The notes beneath the pieces were generated by a model. The model searched no databases. It had not been told where the DNA came from and saw only the letters and a list, made by a program, of their open reading frames with translations. The position numbers and the translations under genes were made by a program. DNA of 43,356 nt from an uncultured Bacilli bacterium (lineage in GTDB: Bacteria > Bacillota_I > Bacilli_A > RF39 > UBA660): positions 1 to 43,356 of the forward strand of contig CAJFVY010000038.1 in the NCBI GenBank assembly GCA_904420615.1, given 5' to 3'. This document shows, in pieces, positions 28,035-35,973 of the stretch. The stretch's first letter is position 1, and every line of letters starts with the position of its first letter.

Positions 28035-29342
28035 TTAAATTTTTCTCCTACCAATTGAATAATAATGAATTTTAGCTTTTTCTACTTCCTTTAAATCATA
28101 ACAATTTCTACCATCATAAATGTATGGTGTCTTCATAAGTGTCTTATAATTTGATATTGGATATTCTTTAATTTCCTTTGCTTCTGTCATAATGAAAACC
28201 AAATCAGCATTTATTATTGCCTCATCAATAGAAGAATAATATTCTACTCGATCTTGAAATTTATTTTTGAAATTTTCAATAGCTATAGGATCATAAACAC
28301 GAACAATAGCTCCATGTTCTAATAGTAGTTCAACATTATCAATAGAAGGTGCCTCTCTTAAATCATCAGTATTTGGCTTAAAAGATAATCCTAACATGGT
28401 AACTATTTTTCCTCTTATATTTTCTTTAAAATCTGAATAAGCTTCTAAAAACAACTTAATCTTTTGATTTTTATTGACTTCAATACAAGCCTTTATAGTT
28501 TTAAGCTCACAATCAATAGATTTACTTAACCAATGAAGAGCTTTTGTATCTTTTGGAAAACAACTACCACCATAACCAATACCAGCATTTAAAAACTTAG
28601 AACCAATTCGGCTATCATAACTCATTCCTTTGGTAACTTCTGTAATATCAGCACCAATTTTCTCGCAGAAATTAGCAATCTCATTAATATAAGATATTTT
28701 TAAAGCTAAAAAATCATTGGATGCATATTTCACCATTTCAGCACTTTTACGATCCATTACTAAGTATGGTGCACAATAAGGCTCTATAGTAAGTGGATGA
28801 TATAAATCAGCCATTACTTTCTTACTATAATCATCTTCTATTCCAACCACAATACGAGAAGGATATAAAGTATCATGAACTGCCGTTCCTTGTGCTAAGA
28901 ATTCAGGATTAGAAGCAACATAAAAATGAATAGGACTATCTTGATTTAACCATTCTTCAATATCATCATTTGTGCCAATTGGGACCGTTGACTTAATCAC
29001 TACCACTTTATCATCTTTAGATACTTCTTTGATTTGCTTACAAACAGTATAGACATAATCTAAATTAGCGGAACCATCAGATCTCTCTGGTGTCCCTACT
29101 CCTACTATTATCACATCAGCTTTAGGATATGCTTCATGGTAATCCAAAGTATAAGTAAGATGCTCTTTATTTTTATGCATTAACTCTTCTAAATCAGCTT
29201 CATAAATGGGGCTTTTCCCTTTTTTTAAACATTCAATCTTGTTCTTATCTACATCAACACAAGTTACTTGATGACCAATTTCTGCTAAACAAACAGCCGT
29301 TACTAATCCTACATAACCTGTTCCTGCAACTGCTACTTTCAT
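28035..29342 (-). CDS. ugd: UDP-glucose 6-dehydrogenase
   Basis: MKVAVAGTGYVGLV Rossmann motif and GGSCFPKD carrying the catalytic Cys, in ~435 aa. I chose the ATG at 29342 with AGGAG upstream. Confidence 0.92.
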   Translation of the reverse strand: MKVAVAGTGYVGLVTAVCLAEIGHQVTCVDVDKNKIECLKKGKSPIYEADLEELMHKNKEHLTYTLDYHEAYPKADVIIVGVGTPERSDGSANLDYVYTVCKQIKEVSKDDKVVVIKSTVPIGTNDDIEEWLNQDSPIHFYVASNPEFLAQGTAVHDTLYPSRIVVGIEDDYSKKVMADLYHPLTIEPYCAPYLVMDRKSAEMVKYASNDFLALKISYINEIANFCEKIGADITEVTKGMSYDSRIGSKFLNAGIGYGGSCFPKDTKALHWLSKSIDCELKTIKACIEVNKNQKIKLFLEAYSDFKENIRGKIVTMLGLSFKPNTDDLREAPSIDNVELLLEHGAIVRVYDPIAIENFKNKFQDRVEYYSSIDEAIINADLVFIMTEAKEIKEYPISNYKTLMKTPYIYDGRNCYDLKEVEKAKIHYYSIGRRKI

Positions 29343-29354
29343 ATTTATCAACTC

Positions 29355-30329
29355 CTATTTATAGTATTCAAAATACCACTGTACAAATTTTTTCAACCCT
29401 TCGTCAAGTGAAGTCTTTGGTTTAAAGCCTGTATCTTTTATTAAATCATCAATATCAGCATAAGTTTCATACACATCACCATCTTGCATTGGTAAATATA
29501 CTTTTTCTGCTTTCATCCCAATATTTTTCTCTAAAATCTGAATGAAATCCATAATTTTAACTGGATGGTTATTTCCAATATTATAAATTTTGTATAATGT
29601 ACCATTATCATCTTTTTTTATAGTAAGAGGTAATATGTTAATAATTCCCATAACTATATCATCAATATAAGTAAAGTCACGATACATATCCCCATTATTA
29701 AAAACTTTAATAGGCTTTTTCTCTACAATATTTTTTGTAAAAGAATAATATGCCATATCTGGTCTACCATTTGGACCATAAACCGTAAAAAAGCGTAAAC
29801 CAGTAACTGGAATATGATAAAGATGACTATAAGCATAAGCCATTAACTCATCTGATTTTTTAGTAGCAGCATATAAGCTTACTGGATGATCAACTGGATC
29901 TGTTGTAGAAAAAGGAACTTTTTTATTCGCACCATAAACAGAAGATGAAGAGGCAAAAAGAAGTTTTTTAGGAGGATAATAACGACAAGCTTCCAGGATA
30001 TTATAAAAACCAACTAAGTTAGATGATATATAACTATCCGGATGATCAATACTATAACGTACGCCTGCTTGGGCTGCTAAGTTGATAACATAATCAGGCT
30101 TTTCTCCTTTAAAAATATCCATAATTTTTTGTTTATTAGCAATATCTTCTTTATAAAATTTATAATTAGAAAAAGATTCTAACTCTTTTTTCCTATGTTC
30201 CTTTAATTTAACATCATAATAATCATTCATATTATCAATGCCTACTACTAAGTTATTTTTGTTTTCTAATAACTTCTTAGCTAAATGAAAGCCAATAAAC
30301 CCACTAGAACCTGTTATTAAATATTTCAT
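29355..30329 (-). CDS. NAD-dependent sugar-nucleotide epimerase, UDP-glucuronate 4-epimerase-like
   Basis: ITGSSGFIGFHL (GxxGxxG), 'GIDNMNDYYDVKLKEHR' typical of UDP-GlcA 4-epimerases, and a YAATK (YxxxK) catalytic motif. It lies immediately upstream of ugd in the direction of transcription. Confidence 0.8.
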   Translation of the reverse strand: MKYLITGSSGFIGFHLAKKLLENKNNLVVGIDNMNDYYDVKLKEHRKKELESFSNYKFYKEDIANKQKIMDIFKGEKPDYVINLAAQAGVRYSIDHPDSYISSNLVGFYNILEACRYYPPKKLLFASSSSVYGANKKVPFSTTDPVDHPVSLYAATKKSDELMAYAYSHLYHIPVTGLRFFTVYGPNGRPDMAYYSFTKNIVEKKPIKVFNNGDMYRDFTYIDDIVMGIINILPLTIKKDDNGTLYKIYNIGNNHPVKIMDFIQILEKNIGMKAEKVYLPMQDGDVYETYADIDDLIKDTGFKPKTSLDEGLKKFVQWYFEYYK

Positions 30330-30373
30330 TTTTTAATCCTCCTGTAAAAATTTATCACTACTTAAAACTTATT

Positions 30374-31594
30374 TTATAAATATTCTTTTATTTTTTCAGT
30401 AATCACTTCGTATCCTTCATCAGAAATGTGAAGGCCTTCATTAGTGTACTCTTCTTTAAGATTATCTTCATCATCCACTAATAAATTATATAAATCAATA
30501 TAAGTTATATTTTTTTCTTTACAATAACTTTCTAATTTATCATTAATTTCTTTTATATCTTCATTCGTTCTTCTTCCTACCATATCTTGATCGATTTTTT
30601 CATTATCAGTATTATTAATAGGATAAATACTTTCAATATAAATTTGTGTTTGTGGTCTATTTTCTTCTATTCCTTCTACAATTTTCTTTATATTATCAAT
30701 AATTTCATCTACACTTTTTTCATGTTGCAAATCATTTGTACCTATTAGTATAAATACTTTTGAAGGGTTATACTGATAGATTCTTTCGTTCATATCTCCT
30801 AAAATATCATCAGTTTGATTACCATTTATACCGCTATTCACTACATGATATCCTTCATAATATTTATCTAAATCATAAAAATCAGTGATAGAATCTCCTA
30901 AAAAGACAATATTTTCTGGCACTACTTCTTCTATTTTAGTTTCTACCCTAGGTTCACTATGATCAAAAGTAACAAAATGATACGCTAAAAAACCACTCAA
31001 CAATAAAATAACAAGAATCAAAAAAATTACTATCTTTTTAGAACTCTTAGAAACTTTAACTGGTTCATAAATTTTTTCTTCTTTCTCTTCAAGACCTTCA
31101 AAATTTTCTTTCTTTGGATCTTTCATTATTTTTTCATCATTTTTCTTCTTAGATATTTTTTTAGCTTTTCTTTTACTAATAAAAGTTAAGTCCATCTCAT
31201 CATCTTTTAGTTCATCTAAGTCTAGGGAAGTATCATCAACTATTTTTTCTTCCTGCTTCTCTAGTTGTTGTTTTGCTTCTTTTATTTCATCTTCTAAATT
31301 TTTCTCTTCTGTTACTTCACTTTCCAGAACTTTTTCTTGAGATATTTCTAATTCCTCTAAGTCTTTTTTTAAAGATTCTTTCTTTTCCTCAGTATTTTTT
31401 TCAGCTTCTTGTTCCAAAGAAACATCCATCTTTTCTTCTACTTGTTGTTCTGCATCTTCATATAAATATTCATTTTTTTTTACTCTACTTGGCTTTGTAT
31501 CTTTTAGTAAAGTTTCTAAATCTTGTTTTGTAATAGTTGTTGCTTTTATAGTCTTTTGACTATTCTTTTTATGTTTTTTTTTCTTTTTTGGCAT
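30374..31594 (-). CDS. Membrane-anchored SGNH/GDSL hydrolase with a long E/K-rich N-terminal region
   Basis: About 190 aa of highly charged E/K-rich sequence, then one TM (IVIFLILVILLLSGFLAYHFV), then an SGNH domain (VFLGDSITDF block I, ILIGTNDL block III). I chose the ATG at 31594 with GGGAGTGG upstream. Confidence 0.8.
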   Translation of the reverse strand: MPKKKKKHKKNSQKTIKATTITKQDLETLLKDTKPSRVKKNEYLYEDAEQQVEEKMDVSLEQEAEKNTEEKKESLKKDLEELEISQEKVLESEVTEEKNLEDEIKEAKQQLEKQEEKIVDDTSLDLDELKDDEMDLTFISKRKAKKISKKKNDEKIMKDPKKENFEGLEEKEEKIYEPVKVSKSSKKIVIFLILVILLLSGFLAYHFVTFDHSEPRVETKIEEVVPENIVFLGDSITDFYDLDKYYEGYHVVNSGINGNQTDDILGDMNERIYQYNPSKVFILIGTNDLQHEKSVDEIIDNIKKIVEGIEENRPQTQIYIESIYPINNTDNEKIDQDMVGRRTNEDIKEINDKLESYCKEKNITYIDLYNLLVDDEDNLKEEYTNEGLHISDEGYEVITEKIKEYL

Positions 31595-31620
31595 AATACC
31601 ACTCCCAACATTCATCTTAG

Positions 31621-31648
31621 ATTATATCATCATTCTATCAATTTAGAA
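31621..31648 (-). promoter_or_regulatory. Possible extended -10 promoter for the SGNH gene (TTCTAA-16-TGaTATAAT)
   Basis: -10 TATAAT (31621-31626) preceded by TGA, with -35 TTCTAA at 31643-31648. It lies just downstream of the terminator at 31654-31686. Confidence 0.45.
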
Positions 31649-31653
31649 AATAG

Positions 31654-31686
31654 AAATAAAAATTTGACACTATTACCATGTCAAAA
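31654..31686 (-). terminator. Rho-independent terminator after the anchored extracellular protein gene
   Basis: RNA UUUGACA-UGGUAAUAG-UGUCAAA followed by UUUUUAUUU. Confidence 0.55.
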
Positions 31687-31698
31687 TTTTTATAAATA

Positions 31699-32502
31699 TT
31701 ATACTAAAGTCCTACTAACAAAGGTATACATTCCATCATCTTCTTTTTTAAAAGTATAAACAAATTGATATTCTGGTTCAATTCCAGTAACTCCTTCTTC
31801 TCTTGTTAATGTTTCATATATTCTGACTTCTTTTGTATTGTTATCTTGTTCAGCTCTAGTTACTTTAGATGTAAAAGAAGGACCACTTGTACCACCCGCA
31901 CCATCCATCATATATTCTACATACATGTCAAGGCTTTCATCATAATAATATCGTGGCTGCGAGTATTTATTAGGTGAAATATAAAGTTCTGTATCAAGAA
32001 CAGCATCTTTACCAAATAAGTCTTGATAGACTGTTTTTACATATTCCCTGCTGTATCCCATTTGTGAATTATGAGTATTCCACAAAGTGTTATTATAACA
32101 AACACTATAATATGTAATATTAGATTCAGTTTCTATCGTATTAACAGTAATATCATCACAACTTACATATTGAGCTTTATTTTCATTTAAGTTCATTCCC
32201 ACAAAATTCATTTTTTCTTCTTCTGTTGCCTCATCAACATAAAAGTCTTGATACATATCTGGATATAACCAGAAATAATTAAAAGCAGTACCACTAGTAG
32301 ATCCATCAAAATCTACCACTTTATTATATAAAGTCTTCACTAGTCTACTATTAATATCTAAAGAAACTATATCACTAGAATTATCTTCTTGCTCACTTAC
32401 TTCTTTTAAACTATCTTCTTTAAATATCTTATCATAAGTGATATAACCTGCCATTCCTACTACCCCTAAGAATAATATAATTATTATAATATTCTTTTTC
32501 AT
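31699..32502 (-). CDS. N-terminally anchored extracytoplasmic protein, function unknown
   Basis: MKKNIIIIILFLGVVGMAGYITY forms a signal anchor. The remaining ~240 aa are hydrophilic with no recognisable motif. RBS is GAGAGGAG. Confidence 0.55.
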   Translation of the reverse strand: MKKNIIIIILFLGVVGMAGYITYDKIFKEDSLKEVSEQEDNSSDIVSLDINSRLVKTLYNKVVDFDGSTSGTAFNYFWLYPDMYQDFYVDEATEEEKMNFVGMNLNENKAQYVSCDDITVNTIETESNITYYSVCYNNTLWNTHNSQMGYSREYVKTVYQDLFGKDAVLDTELYISPNKYSQPRYYYDESLDMYVEYMMDGAGGTSGPSFTSKVTRAEQDNNTKEVRIYETLTREEGVTGIEPEYQFVYTFKKEDDGMYTFVSRTLV

Positions 32503-32540
32503 TTTACTTTTACTCCTCTCTTTATTTCTTTGAAAAACAT

Positions 32541-32572
32541 GAAAAAAGAATAAAGATTTTTAGACTTTATTC
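32541..32572 (-). terminator. Weak hairpin plus U-run between the sORF and the downstream gene (terminator or attenuator candidate)
   Basis: RNA GAAUAAAG-UCUAAAAAU-CUUUAUUC followed by UUUUUUC. The sORF stop codon lies in the loop. The 8-bp stem is AT-rich and therefore weak. Confidence 0.35.
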
Positions 32573-32667
32573 TTCTTATTTTGAGACACTATAAAAACAT
32601 TATTATCTAATAGGTATTTACTTAAATCCCCCCCCCCAGGTAACTTTTGGCTAACTTTGTTTTCCAT
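32560..32667 (-). other. 35-codon sORF containing the G10 tract (MENKVSQKLPGGGDLSKYLLDNNVFIVSQNKKNKV)
   Basis: ATG at 32667 and TAA at 32560-32562. The G10 run encodes GGG-GGG-GGG-G. With G9 or G11 the frame terminates within 1-3 codons after the tract. The RBS is weak. Coding status is unproven. Confidence 0.25.
32628..32637 (-). repeat. Homopolymeric tract: C10 on the plus strand, G10 on the coding (minus) strand
   Basis: Ten consecutive C at 32628-32637 in otherwise very AT-rich intergenic DNA, 126 nt upstream of the ATG at 32502. Confidence 0.95.
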
Positions 32668-32837
32668 ATGTCTCAACCCTTGTCTTTCTATTAACATGGT
32701 ATCACAATAACACTTAGTTTACAAGAAGTTGTTTTTCTAATTTACTTATATCTTTCTTTGAAATTTATCAATTAGATAGTTGTAATTATTTTATCTAAAC
32801 TCCCTAGTGTGTTATCAAACCTTGATTATGACGACAT

Positions 32838-32868
32838 AAAGAAACTTCATCCTATGATGAAGTTCTTT
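32838..32868 (-). terminator. Hairpin terminator candidate after ppdK
   Basis: RNA AACUUCAUC-AUAG-GAUGAAGUU (9 bp, extendable with a bulge), 20 nt after the ppdK stop. The U-tail is only partial (CUUUAUGU). Confidence 0.45.
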
Positions 32869-32887
32869 CATTATTTCTAGTATACTT

Positions 32888-35518
32888 CTAAATAGACTTC
32901 TTTTCATGAATTGCTGCTTGTGCTGCGGCAAGACGAGCGACTGGTACTCGATATGGACTACAAGATACATAAGTTAGTCCTACTCGATGACAGAATTCAA
33001 TAGTAGCAGGATCCCCACCGTGTTCACCACAAATACCTAAAGAAATATCAGGTCTTGTTTGCTTACCAAGTTTCACAGCCATTTCTACTAGTTTACCAAC
33101 ACCTTTTTGATCAAGGGTTGCGAATGGATCTTGTTCAAATATTTTCTTATCATAATAATCTTTCAAGAATTTAGCAGCATCATCTCTTGAAAAGCCATAA
33201 GTCATTTGAGTTAAATCATTGGTACCGAAAGAGAAGAACTCTGCTTCCTTAGCCATCTCATCAGCAGTTAGAGCTGCTCTTGGTATTTCAATCATAGTAC
33301 CAACTTTATATTTTAAATTACTATTAGATGATTGGATGATTTCATCAGCTGTATCTGTAACAATCTTTTTTACATAAGCTAATTCTTTCTGATCTCCTGT
33401 TAATGGAATCATGATCTCAGGAGTAACATTTAATCCTTCTTTATTGACATTAAGTGCAGCCTCAATAACAGCACGTGTTTGCATTTTTGCAATCTCTGGA
33501 TATGTTACGGCTAAACGGCATCCACGATGTCCCATCATTGGATTAAACTCTTTCAAACTTTCTACTCTATTCTTTAACTCTTCAAAAGTAACACCAAGGC
33601 TCTTAGCAAGTGGTTTAATTTCTTCATCAGTATGTGGTAAGAATTCATGAAGTGGTGGATCAAGGAAACGAATGACTACTTCATAGCCTTCCATACTTCT
33701 AAATAATCCTTCAAAGTCTTCTCTTTGATATGGCAAGATTTTGTCAAGTGCTTGTTCTCTTGCTTCCTTTGTAGTAGCAATTATCATCTTTCTAAAATTA
33801 AAGATTCTCTCACTATCGAAAAACATATGTTCTGTTCTACAAAGACCAATTCCTTCTGCTCCAAAATCGCGTGCTACTTTAGCATCTTTTGGATTATCAG
33901 CATTACATCTTACTTTTAAAGTTCTAATGCTATCAGCCCAATTCATAAAGGTTTCAAAATTACCACTGATAGTTGGCGCTACGGTTTTGATTTTCTCTCC
34001 ATAAACATTACCAGTAGAGCCATCAAGACTCATATAATCTCCTTCATGGAATACTTGTCCCTCTTTCGTTGCTAAAGTTTTAGCATCTTCATCGATTACT
34101 AATTCTCCACAGCCTGAAACACAACAAGTTCCCATACCACGAGCTACCACAGCAGCATGTGATGTCATTCCTCCACGAACTGTTAAAATACCATGCGCAA
34201 TATTCATACCTTCAATATCTTCAGGAGAAGTCTCAAGTCTTACTAATAAAATATCTTTTACTCCCTCTTCATGGGCTTTCATAACATCTGTTGCTGTAAA
34301 ATAAATCTTACCTGTAGCAGCCCCAGGTGATGCAGCAAGACCTTTAGCTATTACTTTAGAACTTTGAAGTGCTTCTTTATCAAAAGCAGGATGAAGCAAT
34401 TGATCTAACTGTGTGGGCTCTACTCTTAATAGAGCTTCCTCTTTTGTAATCATACCTTCATTTACCAAATCAACCGCAATCTTTAAGGCAGCTTCAGCTG
34501 TTCTTTTACCATTTCTTGTCTGAAGCATAAATAACTTACCATCTTCAATTGTAAATTCCATATCTTGCATATCACGATAATGTTCTTCTAAAATACCACA
34601 AATCTTAACAAATTCATCATAGCACTTTGGCATAACTTCTTTTAAGGTATCGATTGTTTTTGGAGTACGAATACCTGCGACTACATCTTCTCCTTGAGCG
34701 TTCATCAAATACTCACCATATAGTTTCTTCTCACCAGTTGCTGGATTTCTTGTAAAAGCAACTCCTGTTCCTGATGTTTCACCACGATTTCCATATACCA
34801 TTTCTTGAACATTAACTGCTGTTCCCCAACTACTAGGAATATTATTTAATCTTCGATAAGTAATAGCCCTGTCATTATTCCAACTTCTAAAGACTGCTTT
34901 TACTGCTTCTAATAATTGTGTCTTAGGATCTTGTGGAAATTCTTCCCCTGCTAATTTTAAATATTCACTTTTATATCTATCGATAACCTCTTTTAAATCA
35001 TCAGCATTTAAATCAGTATCTAGCTTTACTTTCTTCTCTTCTTTTATCCTATCAAATAAGTGTTCAAATGAACTTTTAGGAAATCCCATAACGACATCAG
35101 CAAACATCTGAATAAATCTTCTATAACTATCATAGACAAAGCGTGGATTACCACTTACTTCACAAAATCCCTTTGCTACTTCATCATTCATTCCTAAATT
35201 TAATACAGTATCCATCATACCAGGCATAGAAGCGCGTGCTCCACTTCTAACGGATACTAATAATGGATTCTTAGTATCTCCTAATGTCTTACCAGTTTCT
35301 TTTTCCAGTTTCTTTAACTGTTCAAAGATCTCTTTTTCAATATCCTTGCTTAATATTTCTCCATCATCATAATACTTTAAGCAAGCTTCTGTTGTTACTG
35401 TAAATCCCTTTGGCACTGGTAATCCTAACCCAGTCATTTCAGCCAAATTGGCTCCCTTACCTCCAAGTAAATTTCGCATATCTTTATTACCTTCGGCAAA
35501 GGAATAAACATATTTCAT
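32888..35518 (-). CDS. ppdK: Pyruvate, phosphate dikinase
   Basis: 876 aa. N-terminal 'LLGGKGANLAEM' ATP-grasp, a phospho-His centre 'GGMTSHAAVVARGMG', and C-terminal PEP/pyruvate-domain motifs 'GICGEHGGDP' and 'FSFGTNDLTQ'. I prefer the ATG at 35518 over the TTG at 35521. Confidence 0.95.
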   Translation of the reverse strand: MKYVYSFAEGNKDMRNLLGGKGANLAEMTGLGLPVPKGFTVTTEACLKYYDDGEILSKDIEKEIFEQLKKLEKETGKTLGDTKNPLLVSVRSGARASMPGMMDTVLNLGMNDEVAKGFCEVSGNPRFVYDSYRRFIQMFADVVMGFPKSSFEHLFDRIKEEKKVKLDTDLNADDLKEVIDRYKSEYLKLAGEEFPQDPKTQLLEAVKAVFRSWNNDRAITYRRLNNIPSSWGTAVNVQEMVYGNRGETSGTGVAFTRNPATGEKKLYGEYLMNAQGEDVVAGIRTPKTIDTLKEVMPKCYDEFVKICGILEEHYRDMQDMEFTIEDGKLFMLQTRNGKRTAEAALKIAVDLVNEGMITKEEALLRVEPTQLDQLLHPAFDKEALQSSKVIAKGLAASPGAATGKIYFTATDVMKAHEEGVKDILLVRLETSPEDIEGMNIAHGILTVRGGMTSHAAVVARGMGTCCVSGCGELVIDEDAKTLATKEGQVFHEGDYMSLDGSTGNVYGEKIKTVAPTISGNFETFMNWADSIRTLKVRCNADNPKDAKVARDFGAEGIGLCRTEHMFFDSERIFNFRKMIIATTKEAREQALDKILPYQREDFEGLFRSMEGYEVVIRFLDPPLHEFLPHTDEEIKPLAKSLGVTFEELKNRVESLKEFNPMMGHRGCRLAVTYPEIAKMQTRAVIEAALNVNKEGLNVTPEIMIPLTGDQKELAYVKKIVTDTADEIIQSSNSNLKYKVGTMIEIPRAALTADEMAKEAEFFSFGTNDLTQMTYGFSRDDAAKFLKDYYDKKIFEQDPFATLDQKGVGKLVEMAVKLGKQTRPDISLGICGEHGGDPATIEFCHRVGLTYVSCSPYRVPVARLAAAQAAIHEKKSI

Positions 35519-35640
35519 CAAATCATCATCCTTTCATCTATCTTACAACTTAAGTATATCAAACTAAACACAAAAAAGAAACTATTTTTCTTTTTTTACC
35601 TTCCATATTATCTATATTCTAACTTCCCTTTTCTCATAAC

Positions 35641-35666
35641 AAAAAAAAGAAAGAATCTCTTCTTTC
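35641..35666 (-). terminator. Rho-independent terminator after the 96-aa ORF
   Basis: RNA GAAAGAA-GAGA-UUCUUUC followed by eight U. Confidence 0.6.
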
Positions 35667-35670
35667 CTAT

Positions 35671-35961
35671 TTATTTCATCTTCTTTAATCTTCTTGTTAT
35701 TAATAATCTAAGATCAATAGGTAATTCCATTTTATTCATTAATTCTAATGCATTCTGCAACTTTGTCTTTAAAGGTACTTCTTGTTCAATCTTATCTTTT
35801 TCAAAGTCATAATCGAAATTCTTACTAGGATTTTGTTCCATAAAATCATGAATATAATTTTCAATATCTTTTAAAGCATAGAGTTTCAAATCATATTCAT
35901 CCATCTCTTTTACACCATAATATCCGCTAATCATCACACGATATTGATCTTCTAACGTCAT
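35671..35961 (-). CDS. Small acidic hypothetical protein (96 aa)
   Basis: GGGTGG RBS, 12 nt after the stop of the pyrophosphatase gene. No recognisable motif. Confidence 0.45.
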   Translation of the reverse strand: MTLEDQYRVMISGYYGVKEMDEYDLKLYALKDIENYIHDFMEQNPSKNFDYDFEKDKIEQEVPLKTKLQNALELMNKMELPIDLRLLITRRLKKMK

Positions 35962-35973
35962 TTTACCACCCTA

